DNA from: Candidatus Poribacteria bacterium
GTDB taxonomy: Bacteria > Poribacteria > WGA-4E > WGA-3G
Direction of reading: 5' to 3'
NCBI GenBank assembly: GCA_965197475.1
Contig: CBDANF010000002.1
Coordinates: 576,001 to 640,000, forward strand
Length of the DNA: 64,000 nucleotides
The notes under the pieces were generated by a model that did no database searches, was not told where the DNA came from, and worked only from the letters and a program-made list of their open reading frames with translations. A program made the position numbers and the translations under genes. Positions 39,199-49,397 of the stretch are shown one piece after another (the stretch's first letter is position 1; each line of letters starts with the position of its first letter).

Positions 39199-39837
39199 TT
39201 GAAGTATCTTCAGCCATTATCCAGGTTTGCATCAACACAATTCATGCTGCTACGGTTAAAACAAGCATTACTAATCTACGTCTTGTTTTTCTGCTGGTTT
39301 GTAGTTGGTTTAGATGCGAATGCTGATAATATTTTAGCACAATGGGATCAGCAGCTCTTTGATCGTTTCTACGACGCGCCTCCGCATAGCGAGTCGATGT
39401 GGACCGTTATGGAAGGGATCTCAGAGGTTGGGCATTATCGCTCAGTCATGGGATTATCAATTTTACTCATGGCGTACGGAGATGAGGATCATCAGAGGAC
39501 AGGACGATTGTTATCCTCAGCATACATAAGCGCGGGGGTTATGACGTACGGAATAAAACGGTTGACTCGTAGGAAACGACCACTTGATGAAACCCTTGGG
39601 AATCCGTCCCTGCCATCAGGACATGCGACTATCGCTTTTAGCGCGGCAACGATTTTAGGCTATCGGTATCCGAAATGGCGAATTCCACTGTATATTGGGG
39701 CAGGATTAGTGGGTTTTTCGCGAATTTATCTTGGACGGCACTATACTTCAGATGTGTTAACTGGTGCAGCGATAGGTACTGTGATGGGAGTGATTGTCTG
39801 GAATAACCGCGTAACGTTGTTGCAGTGGGAGTTTTAG
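39199..39837 (+). CDS. PAP2-family phosphatase
   Basis: K-x6-RP, PSGH and SRIYLGRHYTSDV. The start is uncertain. Confidence 0.9.
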   Translation: MKYLQPLSRFASTQFMLLRLKQALLIYVLFFCWFVVGLDANADNILAQWDQQLFDRFYDAPPHSESMWTVMEGISEVGHYRSVMGLSILLMAYGDEDHQRTGRLLSSAYISAGVMTYGIKRLTRRKRPLDETLGNPSLPSGHATIAFSAATILGYRYPKWRIPLYIGAGLVGFSRIYLGRHYTSDVLTGAAIGTVMGVIVWNNRVTLLQWEF

Positions 39838-39896
39838 ATTATAGGTATAAATTTAGCTAATCTCTAAGCACGGTAGGTTTGGTTAGGAAACTGCTC

Positions 39897-40164
39897 CATA
39901 GGTGTCAATTTAGGGATATATTTTCTTGTGGGAGGGAAACCTTCTAAGCCAGATTTTTACATCTTGAGTTCCGTAGGAACGAAATGTTTATAGCAAACGT
40001 GATAAATTAATCTCTTGAGCTCCGTAGGAGCGACATAGATTCTATAAACATTCCACCTCTACGAGGTTCAAGAGCGTGTTTGCCGTGTTTTCTATAAACA
40101 TTCCGCCTCTACGAGACTATACACATTCACAAAATAGATTCATTTTCTTAAATTGATGCCTATG
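39897..40164. mobile_element. MITE family C, copy 1, with a 20-bp target duplication
   Basis: TIR cataggtgtcaattta / taaattgatgcctatg; flanks gtt(t/c)ggttaggaaactgctc. Confidence 0.8.
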
Positions 40165-40191
40165 GTTCGGTTAGGAAACTGCTCCTACCGG

Positions 40192-41673
40192 TCATGGGTT
40201 GTCAAGCGTGTTCACGTTGTTCTCAGGTTTGGTATAGTCCACAAATGCTGTTGGATCGGTTCCGTTGAGGTATTCCTCAATGTTGGTGTATCCGTCTCTG
40301 TCCTTGTCCTTTGCGGCATTGGAAGCATCATGAGGATCAAAGCCGTACCGCTTTTCCCATTCGTCGGGCATACCATCACTATCACTATCAAGGGGCGCAG
40401 GTAGACTCTTGAGTTCCGGCCACCCTCCGACATCTTTCTGTGAATCAATAATACCGCATTTTTTTGATTTATCCGGCACACGCACTTTCTTTTTGTATGT
40501 TTCCCCTTCATAAGTTGCATAGCCGTTACGGGTTTCGTCAACAATGCGCGTATCTATTGCATCGCGTTTGGGCAGTGATGCACCTACACTGTCAAGAACA
40601 GAATGATATGCCTCTTCAGCGGTTTGCTGGTTGATAGGCATAGCGTCAAAAGGTTCGTGAAGTTTTAATCCGGCAATATGTGAACTGCCACCTTCAGGCT
40701 GCACGCCCCTGTCCCAGTTATTCGCAGTAACTGCTGTGTTGCCATGAACAACATTCTCTGCTACATACCATTTGCCAAAACCATCGTCCGAACCACGCGA
40801 TGACGGATTAACGATACGGTGTGTATTCTTGCCCGGAGAAGTTGCAGGTCCAGGCTTAAAATAGTTTGCCACCATGTTGACAACGGTAAAGTTTAATTTC
40901 TCATTGCCTGGTTGCTCTTTTTCACCGCCGTAAGCACTGTTATAACCCCAGTTATATATCACGTTATTTCTGAAATCGTTATATCCGCAACCTGAAGCAA
41001 AACGGGGATTGCGACTGCTGTGATGCGCCAACAGGTTATGATGGTACGTGCTACGGTTTGATCCCCATATTCCACCAAACCCATGTGTGCCTTTAGGATG
41101 ATTAGATTTGTACATACTTTCCGATACCAGACACCATTGAATGGTGACATTTTCGCAATGGTAAATAGACACTGTTTCATCAACACTCCAACTTGCCGAT
41201 ACATGGTCAAGGATAATGTTCTTCTGATACCTGCCCCCTATGGTATCTTTATCATCACCCGCCACATCTCCTACTCTCACCCTTATATACCTGATAATAA
41301 CCTCGCTGGCAATAATTGAGAGAGGATGTTTCTTAATGCAGATGCCATCTCCAGGGGCTGTCTGCCCGGCGATAGTGATATAGGGCTTGGATATTCTCAA
41401 CGCTTTTTCAAGGGTGATAGTGCCCGAAACCTTGAACACGACTATCCGTGGACCTTCAGCTTCGCATGCCTCGCGCAAGCTGCCTGGTCCGGAGTCGTTC
41501 AGATTCGTCACCAATATCACTTTTCCGCCCCTGCCGCCGCGAGTCATTGCGCCATAACCTTCCGCACCCGGAAAGGCAGGAACAAACGGCATATCTGCAG
41601 CAAATCCGTTTGGAATGAGTGTGAGGATGCCAAGACATATAAGGAGTAGGTATTTTATGATGTTGTATTTCAT
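40192..41673 (-). CDS. Pectate lyase-like protein (PL1-type beta-helix) with C-terminal Ca-binding DxDxDG repeats
   Basis: AFPGAEGYG, GGRGG, TIAGQTAPGDG, DHVSASWSVDE, RNPRF and DSDSDGMPDEWE. Confidence 0.9.
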   Translation of the reverse strand: MKYNIIKYLLLICLGILTLIPNGFAADMPFVPAFPGAEGYGAMTRGGRGGKVILVTNLNDSGPGSLREACEAEGPRIVVFKVSGTITLEKALRISKPYITIAGQTAPGDGICIKKHPLSIIASEVIIRYIRVRVGDVAGDDKDTIGGRYQKNIILDHVSASWSVDETVSIYHCENVTIQWCLVSESMYKSNHPKGTHGFGGIWGSNRSTYHHNLLAHHSSRNPRFASGCGYNDFRNNVIYNWGYNSAYGGEKEQPGNEKLNFTVVNMVANYFKPGPATSPGKNTHRIVNPSSRGSDDGFGKWYVAENVVHGNTAVTANNWDRGVQPEGGSSHIAGLKLHEPFDAMPINQQTAEEAYHSVLDSVGASLPKRDAIDTRIVDETRNGYATYEGETYKKKVRVPDKSKKCGIIDSQKDVGGWPELKSLPAPLDSDSDGMPDEWEKRYGFDPHDASNAAKDKDRDGYTNIEEYLNGTDPTAFVDYTKPENNVNTLDNP

Positions 41674-41756
41674 TGTAATTTGTTCCTTTCAGTTTTAGAG
41701 TGCAGATTTTACCTCTCCGCGCAGGATTTCAAGGTTGTTACCAAAGTATAGTTTCT

Positions 41757-42131
41757 TCATGATTGTTCTTTGTTGCATTCGGGTTTATGTTCAATCCTTA
41801 TATCTTTTTCAATTCTTAGTCGTTCAGATTTAGAGGAATCTTTTAATTCAAGTACACATATATGGGTCACCTTATGGTCAAGTGCACATTCCCATTTTTC
41901 ATGTTCTTCAACAACTCTTTCCTCAAATGAATGAGATTCCCCTACGTACAGAACTTTCGGTAAATCATTTCCATACTCATCAATACGAGAAATATCAGCA
42001 AATATGTAAACGCCTGAACTATCGGGGAATTTGGGGAAGGGTTTAAAAGGGTCATTCGCTCGGTAACATTTAAATGAATACGATCTGCCAGAACTTCCTT
42101 CAATTGATTGCTGGTCAACTTTTCCAGCCAT
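41757..42131 (-). CDS. Small GIY-YIG nuclease-like protein
   Basis: GVYIF...VLYVGES...RV..H...E.......P.CN pattern. Confidence 0.65.
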   Translation of the reverse strand: MAGKVDQQSIEGSSGRSYSFKCYRANDPFKPFPKFPDSSGVYIFADISRIDEYGNDLPKVLYVGESHSFEERVVEEHEKWECALDHKVTHICVLELKDSSKSERLRIEKDIRIEHKPECNKEQS

Positions 42132-42197
42132 AGTTTTTATCTCCTTTGTGTTAAAGCGCAGATTTCGCCTCCGCGCAGGACATGGATATCAGCGTTT

Positions 42198-42779
42198 TCA
42201 CTCAATATGCAGATATTGGTTTTCTTTTACTAAGGACACAACTTGATTTGCAAAATCATCACGAACCATCAAGTCAGAAATTTTAACGGCTATTCGGTTA
42301 GCGCGTCTATCATGATTAATACTGTTGACAAATTCCAAAACGTCTTTGCCAGCCTGTTCTGCTGCAATATCAAGTGCTTTATTAGCACCAAACGTTTTTA
42401 CCATTTCTAACAACTCTGAATCTGATTTGTTCCCAAGCTCCGAATCATGTTCAACAATAAAACCAGTGGCGACACGCACCGCAAGTGGCGACAAGGCTGC
42501 AGCTATTTTCTCCTTGCGTATTCTTTCTTTCCTTTCTTTCCAGAGTCTTTCCGCCATCATAATCCCAGACATTACAAATCCTCCCAATTCTATGAAAAGT
42601 GTTGATAATAGTAGAAAGAGCGGAATTAAAGCACTTATGTTGATCAGAGTGGATTGTAATGAGTTCTTTTCGTCTATCCATAGCCAGTATGGGGCAATCA
42701 TTACTGCTGCAATCCATATTGCTATAGGCATCCACTTCTTTATGATTTCTCTCGCGTTCTTACTATCTTCTTTATCCAT
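42198..42779 (-). CDS. Hypothetical membrane protein
   Basis: 193-aa ORF with two N-terminal TM segments. Confidence 0.6.
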   Translation of the reverse strand: MDKEDSKNAREIIKKWMPIAIWIAAVMIAPYWLWIDEKNSLQSTLINISALIPLFLLLSTLFIELGGFVMSGIMMAERLWKERKERIRKEKIAAALSPLAVRVATGFIVEHDSELGNKSDSELLEMVKTFGANKALDIAAEQAGKDVLEFVNSINHDRRANRIAVKISDLMVRDDFANQVVSLVKENQYLHIE

Positions 42780-42894
42780 TTGCTTAGGTGTTCAATTTTA
42801 ACGGTTGCAACCCAGTGGGTGGAATCTCATCGTTCCACTCACGTATTATACCATATCTAATTGACAAAATATCATAATAGCTTGTTTTATACCA

Positions 42895-43104
42895 TACACC
42901 TTTCGCACTGCTGGTGCTTGGTTTCTTGTGGTATACTTTTCTTCTATACACCTTTCGCACCGCTGGTGCTGAGATACGATTGACTATAGCCTCGGAGAGG
43001 CAGCATGCGCGTATGGCATGCTGCATGAGGTGTCCAGCAGCTGATGTCTGTGTTTACCAAGCCCCAGAGGGGCAGCATGCGCGTATGGCATGCTGCATGA
43101 GGTG
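42895..43104. repeat. Paired palindromic REP-like repeats
   Basis: tacacctttcgcac(t/c)gctggtgct twice, and the 34-bp ggcagcatgcgcgtatggcatgctgcatgaggtg twice. Confidence 0.8.
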
Positions 43105-43244
43105 CATATTTTTTCCACCGCATAACACTAAAATTGACGCATAAGGGTATAGCAAGCTCTACCCGACGGACGAAATAATGCAATACAATCTCTTAGAAAT
43201 GGTATTACTATATCACAAAAAGGACTAAAACCTCAAGTTAAAAT

Positions 43245-43489
43245 GGGTGTGTAAGTTTTTGTCATTGTATATAGGACGTTTTGCACGTCCCACGGACGTG
43301 CTAATGTCAAGCGGTACAAGAAATGGGACGTGTTTTTCGTTTTTTTTTGCCCCTCGTTTTGTTTACTGTGGATTTTTGCGATAAATTGACACCATTATAT
43401 TTACTATGTAATAATTATATTAACATAAACAGATATGTTTGTCAAGTAAAAATTTCTATAGGTGTTTAATGACATAACTTTACACACCC
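43245..43489. mobile_element. Possible MITE or IS remnant
   Basis: Imperfect inverted ends gggtgtgtaagtttttgtcatt / aatgacataactttacacaccc; no TSD seen. Confidence 0.4.
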
Positions 43490-43616
43490 TATTATGATAA
43501 ATATACAATTGACGGACACCGTTGCCCGGCGCGCTTACAAAGCGCGCCTACCAATGAATGTAAGAGGCGCGTGAATTGCGCGACTACAAACGACACAACT
43601 CCCAAAATATAGTCTA

Positions 43617-44576
43617 TCAACGCTTAAGTGCTTTACTATCTTTGAGATATTTGTAGAGTTCGCTATCGGTTGTCAAGATAAGTTTCGTACTTGCGTTGCT
43701 TGTTTTGCGATAGGTTTCAAGGGTTTGGAGGAAGGCGAAGAACTCTGGGTCTTTGCCGTGCGCTTCAGCATAAATCTGGATGGCTTGTGCATCAGCATCC
43801 CCTTTAAGCTGTTCAGCTTCCTTGTATGCCTCCGATTGGATACGTTCTAATTCCTTCTGTTTTTGCCCCATGATATTCGCCGCTTCACCTTCGCCTTCCG
43901 ATTTGTATTTCTCGGAGATACGCTGCCGTTCCGAAATCATGCGGTCAAAGACTTTCTGTCGGACTTCCTCTACATAGTTAATCCGTTTCACTTGAACATC
44001 AACGAGTTCAATCCCAAATCTTGGAAGTGCTTCTTGTGCCTTTTCACGGATCATCTGTGTAATTTTTTCTCTGCCAATCTTAATTTCTTCCAACGGTTCG
44101 TCTGACTGTCCTTCCTCATCTTCAAGGATTTCTCTATTAGGGTCTAACACCCGGTTTGAATTTCTGACAACTTCAATCAGCAGCTGCGCTGTCACTAAAT
44201 CACGCGCTGCAGAGTCAATAATATCATCTAAACGTGATTGTGCAAGCTCTTCTGTTCCGAGTGCCTGATAGAATTGGAGTGCATCTTTAATCCGCCAACG
44301 CGCTGTAGTATCAAGCCAGATAAATTTCTTGTCCTTAGTGGGAATCTGGTTTGGAGAACCATCCCATTCAAGGATGCGCTTCTCAAAGCGATGGACATCC
44401 TGAATAAATGGTGTCTTTATTTTTAATCCCGCATCAACAATAGGTTGTCCAATAGGACGACCGAATTCAGTAAGGACAACTTGTTCGCCTTCTTTCACAA
44501 TGTAGAACGCACCTGAGGCAAATATAACCCCCAGAATGACAACGATAATCAAGGGTATCAGTATCTTGGATTTCAT
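43617..44576 (-). CDS. hflC: FtsH protease modulator HflC
   Basis: SPFH domain, TKDKK, RMISER and DPEFFAF; paired with hflK. Confidence 0.92.
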   Translation of the reverse strand: MKSKILIPLIIVVILGVIFASGAFYIVKEGEQVVLTEFGRPIGQPIVDAGLKIKTPFIQDVHRFEKRILEWDGSPNQIPTKDKKFIWLDTTARWRIKDALQFYQALGTEELAQSRLDDIIDSAARDLVTAQLLIEVVRNSNRVLDPNREILEDEEGQSDEPLEEIKIGREKITQMIREKAQEALPRFGIELVDVQVKRINYVEEVRQKVFDRMISERQRISEKYKSEGEGEAANIMGQKQKELERIQSEAYKEAEQLKGDADAQAIQIYAEAHGKDPEFFAFLQTLETYRKTSNASTKLILTTDSELYKYLKDSKALKR

Positions 44577-44599
44577 CGGGAAACTCCTTTTGTTGTAAA

Positions 44600-45547
44600 T
44601 TACTCTTTCAGCTGCAGAATCGGAATGGGTGAGTTGGCTTTATCGTCAATGATATAAATTTCCTTAACCAGAGGCAAAACTTCCTGCATTGTTTCCAGGT
44701 AAAGCCGTTGGCGAGTCACCTCTTTCGCTTTTTGATACTCCGATCGTATTGAATTGAATCTATCCGCGTCCCCTTTTGCTTGGTTAACACGTTTCAGGGC
44801 ATAACCTTGTGCTTCTGAAATTTGTTGTAATGCTAACCCTTTGGATTTCGGAACAGATTGGTTGTAATCACGCCACGCTTCGTTGATGAGACGTTCTTTT
44901 TCCTGCTTTGCCTCGTTAACCGCGTTAAAGGCAGATTTCACCTTTTCTGGCGGATTCACATCCTGCAGCGTCACGTTAGCTACATCCAAGCCAGTTTCAT
45001 ACAAATCAAGCAGTGTCTGCAGATGTTTTTCAACTTCCGCTGCAATTTCTATACGTCCAACGGTTAGAACTTCGGTTACAGTACGGTCTCCAATTATTCG
45101 ACTCGTCACTGATTCTGATAGGTCTCGCAAAGCTTGCCGCGGGGCCCTTACAGAGAATAGATATTTTTCGGGATCATTAATCTTGTACTGAACGACCCAT
45201 TCAACGTCGGCAATGTTAAGGTCTCCCGTTAGCAGCAGAGATTCCTCCCCGTAATCTCCGGGGTCATATTGAGTACGGACACCCGCTTTAAGTGTTCGAA
45301 ACCCGAATTCTTCTTTGAAGACCTTACGAACCTGAACATTTTCGGCTTTTTCTATGCCAAATGGTAACTTGAAGTGGAGTCCAGGTTCGGCTTGTCGGAC
45401 AACTTTTCCGAACATCAGGACAACAGCGATTTCGTCTGCTTCAACAGTATAAAAACTGGTTGCTAAACTCACCAAGACTGCCACACCCAGAATTATAAAC
45501 AAAATGCGTTTTGGGGTGATAAGACGCAAGTATGGATTTAGTTCCAT
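44600..45547 (-). CDS. hflK: FtsH protease modulator HflK
   Basis: PGLHFKLP, LLTGDLNI, LQDVNPP and VTRQRLYLETM. GGAG precedes ATG 45547. Confidence 0.92.
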   Translation of the reverse strand: MELNPYLRLITPKRILFIILGVAVLVSLATSFYTVEADEIAVVLMFGKVVRQAEPGLHFKLPFGIEKAENVQVRKVFKEEFGFRTLKAGVRTQYDPGDYGEESLLLTGDLNIADVEWVVQYKINDPEKYLFSVRAPRQALRDLSESVTSRIIGDRTVTEVLTVGRIEIAAEVEKHLQTLLDLYETGLDVANVTLQDVNPPEKVKSAFNAVNEAKQEKERLINEAWRDYNQSVPKSKGLALQQISEAQGYALKRVNQAKGDADRFNSIRSEYQKAKEVTRQRLYLETMQEVLPLVKEIYIIDDKANSPIPILQLKE

Positions 45548-45605
45548 GATAATTTCTCCTTCATTTTCACTATTACTTTTAGGCGATTGCCCAAGATTAA
45601 ACATT

Positions 45606-46589
45606 TCAAATTTCATATCTGACCAACTTCCGAGCAGCATCAACAATCTGTTCTGTATCTGGAATAACAAAGTTCTCCATCACGGGTGCGAAAGGGACAG
45701 GTACTGGCGCAGCAGTAACACGTTCAATTGGTGCATCAAGATAATCAAACGCTTCACGAACAACGAGCGCAGCAATCTCTGCACCGAACCCTGCTCTACC
45801 AACCGCTTCATGCGCAATTAACAGCCGATTGGTTTTCTTGACAGAGTCAAAAATGGCTTCTTTGTCAAGCGGCATTAATGTTCTCGGATCAACGACCTCG
45901 GCTGAAATACCTTCTTCAGCAAGTTCATCCGCAGCATCAAGTGCTTTCAATACCATGCGCGATGTCGCGAAAATCGTTATATCTTCACCTTCACGTTTAA
46001 CATCTGCCATCCCTAACGGAATCGTATACTCCTCATCGGGAATTTCACCCTCTTCAGTATAGAGCAGTTTATGTTCAATAAACATAATCGGGTTATCGTT
46101 TCGGATAGCGGTTTTTAGCAAACCTTTTACGTCATAAGGGGTAGCGGGCATCACAACGAGGAGTCCTGGAATATGCACAAACCACGCCTCAAGACTTTGT
46201 GCGTGCTGTGCAGCGGACGAACGTCCCGCACCTCCTTGTGTGCGAATAACAAGCGGTACATCTAACTGTCCACCCACCATATATCGGATTTTTGCAACTT
46301 GATTGACAATCTGATCCATACCGACCGCTGTGAAGTCGATGTACATCAGTTCGGCGACAGGACGCATGCCTGTAACAGCGGCACCGAGTGCTGTGCCGAT
46401 GATAGCAGCTTCAGAAATCGGAGTGTTTCGGATACGATCCTTCCCAAATTGCTTGAAAAGACCGTCCGTGACCTTGTATGCCCCGCCATACTCAGCAATA
46501 TCTTCCCCCATGAGAAAGACTGCATCGTCGCGTTCCATCTCCTCTATCAGTGCCTCTTTCAGAGCATCACGATAGGTAATTGTTTTCAT
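45606..46589 (-). CDS. 2-oxoacid/acetoin dehydrogenase E1 beta subunit
   Basis: MGEDIAEYGG, NTPISE, QHAQSLE and YLDAPIER. Confidence 0.93.
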   Translation of the reverse strand: MKTITYRDALKEALIEEMERDDAVFLMGEDIAEYGGAYKVTDGLFKQFGKDRIRNTPISEAAIIGTALGAAVTGMRPVAELMYIDFTAVGMDQIVNQVAKIRYMVGGQLDVPLVIRTQGGAGRSSAAQHAQSLEAWFVHIPGLLVVMPATPYDVKGLLKTAIRNDNPIMFIEHKLLYTEEGEIPDEEYTIPLGMADVKREGEDITIFATSRMVLKALDAADELAEEGISAEVVDPRTLMPLDKEAIFDSVKKTNRLLIAHEAVGRAGFGAEIAALVVREAFDYLDAPIERVTAAPVPVPFAPVMENFVIPDTEQIVDAARKLVRYEI

Positions 46590-46647
46590 TTTTCGTTTGT
46601 TCCTTTCATAACGTTGTTTTCGGTATCTCTATGGGACAGGTGCTTCT

Positions 46648-46740
46648 TATACCAAATTAACTTGACTCCAATCTATCGGTGCGGTTAGGAAACCGCACCT
46701 ACCGTCCGGAAAATAGGAAAAATCCCATTAATTTGGTATT
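46648..46740. mobile_element. MITE family B, copy 2
   Basis: tataccaaattaa / ttaatttggtat ends with an internal ggtgcggtt...aaccgcacctac hairpin. Confidence 0.7.
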
Positions 46741-46757
46741 GTTCCTTGCTCTTTCGT

Positions 46758-49326
46758 CTAAACTGATGAAGGACGTTCTTGCACTACAGGAATGACGTAA
46801 CTCCGAATTGTCACACCGTCCACTGTTTCTGTCTCTGCCAACGGTTGTGGCTTCTCGCGATGATCAAACACAACATAATAGCCCTCCATAGTTTCTTCTA
46901 ATTCCATATATACAGCGAGTTGCTTTTTACCTGCGGCGTAGCGGTTACTTCCTTCCCAAATCTTGGTTTCAACGATGTATTTTTGCTGATTGTGGATGAG
47001 GAGAAGATCCATCCTGCCTCGTCCTGTCTGCACTTCAAGGTACATGTTTCCGCCTACGCTGCGGACAAACTGCTCAAGGTAGGCATAAAGCAGATGCTGT
47101 CCAACATACTCCTTCGGTGTATCCGGAACTTGCAAGATGCGAAAACCCACACGAGCGATAAAATCCCGGAAGTTATCAAGTAGGGTTACCATATCAATCT
47201 GTCCCGTGGACGTGAGGTAATCCAAAAAACATTCATCGCGCTCTTCAGAGAAATACGCATTCTCCAACCCATTGACTGTCGGTTTGAAAGTCCTTATGAT
47301 ACGGTAGAGATAAATTGGATTGACGATTTCACACATACCGTCAGGTGCCTCTCGGATAACACCGTACGTGGCGAGTTCACTGATGATGTCGTCATCAAGG
47401 TTGAAATCCACACCTTCCTCACGCGCCATTATTTTCATCAACATACTTTCAAATCGACGGTCTCTACGGATATTAGTGTTCCGTCCGCGAAGGAGCTGCG
47501 TATGTGCTTCTGAAAAGTGTAAGGGTGTAATGGTTTCGGTTTTGGGAATATTCATCTCCTCAGTGAGTATCTGCGCGAAGCGGTTCACAAGCACAAGTTG
47601 CCCCGCAGGCTGCCTATGAATAGATGCGATCACCTCCGGTGCAAAATCTTGGCCTACTTCGTCCGTATACTGACAAAGTAGTTCCGCTCATGTCAAGAGT
47701 AAGTGCTTTTGACGAGTTTTGCTATAAAATCAACACTGACAGCTTTTAGATTCATGACGAACTCACAGATTGCGACGTAACCGGCGAGGAACTTTTTATG
47801 AACGCCACGAAAGGGACGAAGGAAGTTTCGCAGCGTCGTCCAGGCACCTTCAATCGTCCTTGTATGGATCTCGTAAAGACCATCACCGTCTGCGTCTCTT
47901 GCCCACTCGCCATCCTTATGGAGAACAATCTCACGGGCGCGCTGAATACGGTTATAGCCACGCCAACCATCCGTATACACCGTTGAAGTCGGCAACGTCC
48001 ACTGATGAACGTGTGTTGAAAGCGTCGCAGAATCGGTGTGCCGCACAACACGTAATCTCAGGAGACCGCTTTCGCGACCTTTCGTCCCAACAATAGGCGG
48101 ACGATCATTGTCATAAGTCCCATGTCCCCTGCGTTTATTGCCACGCCGACGCGGCGGATCCGAAGCATCAACGTGCTTATCGCCTTTTTCACCGGCGTTT
48201 TGAAACATCTCATCTGTTTCGACTTCAGCATCAGGTAAAGCAGCTTCGGGTTGTATCTGCTCTGCCGAAGTTTGGAGTTTACGTCTTATAGAAAGAACGG
48301 TTTGACGACTTAGACCCAGTTCACACCCGAGTTGTGCACTTGAAACACCTTGACAGACACCGCGCAAAAGCAGAACGACCTGTGAGGGACGAAACTGCGT
48401 GCCAGCAAAGACCGTCCCGGTATAGAGGTTGTAGATGCTCTCACAGTGTTTGCAGCGATACACTTGTAGACCACTTGTTTCAGTCGGACGGAACTTGCGT
48501 GCCTCCGCCACGCTCGCTTGGCATTTTGGGCAACACAGCCCTTGAAGGTGGAAATGATCCAACACCCACGCTTGAGTTTTTTCTTCATCCATGAGAGATT
48601 GTATTGGAAAGTCCATAGGTAACACGCTAACATAACTTTGAAAAAATAGCACTTACTTTTTACATGAGCCAGTAGTTCTTGGACCTGTTGTAACGTAAAG
48701 TTTGGTAACCGGAACTCATCTTGGATATTAAACGGTGAAACAGATCGGTCATAGTTAAGTTGACTGATACTCTTAACCCCTACAATCCCAACACTGTGTG
48801 GGCATTGAAGTTCATCAGAAAGATAAATGTGGCGGAGTGTATATAGAAAATCACTCACAACAACATCTTGCGGGATGCCATCAAATTCGTCAATGAGTAA
48901 CACAACTTTCTGATTGCCGAGCAAACTCACTAATTCTTCAAAGAACGCTAACATCGAAAAATGATCGCTTAACTGTGCATCCTCCAAAAATTGCGTTAAG
49001 TCCTCGGTCTGCTTCATTTCCCTTTTTTGGAGGACATACTCAATTTGCCTACGTATCATTTGAGAGAGTCTATCATAAAAAATAGGAGGCGAGGAATTAC
49101 GCATTATTTGGAAATCCAACTGAATAGGGAAATAGGTCGGATCTTCTGTGGTGAGGACATCAAGAGCAAACCGGAAGAAAGTGGTCTTTCCGGTCTGACG
49201 TGGCGCAAAGAGAACGATATACCGTCCATCTTTCACACGGGTGATGAAGTCAGCAATTTCTTCGGTGCGTGGGACAACATAGTGCCGGTCAGGATACACG
49301 CGACCTTGAGTTCCAAAACGCCTCAT
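46758..49326 (-). pseudogene. AAA-like ATPase with a C-terminal PD-(D/E)XK-like domain, interrupted by IS1595
   Basis: APRQTGKTT, LLIDEFD, SPFNI and GRMDL...IVETK. Removing the IS and one TSD restores the frame (VQELL|CQYTDE). Confidence 0.88.
47685..48670 (-). mobile_element. IS1595-family element (transposase 47693-48616)
   Basis: TIRs (c/g)gctcatgt(c/a)aa(g/a)agtaagtgc; perfect 8-bp TSD agtagttc; zinc ribbon, VETDE, YTDG and IEGAW. Confidence 0.95.
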
Positions 49327-49397
49327 TTTTTCTCCTTATTGTGAAAGTGCCTCGTCATCAATTGTCCTACATCAGACAGATGGAAGACATGTGCCAA

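Noticed and set aside
42999-43104. CRISPR-like 34-bp palindromic repeat with a 38-bp spacer
   Set aside because: Only two units, no cas genes, and a related motif occurs inside a MITE near 60170; it is better explained as a REP.
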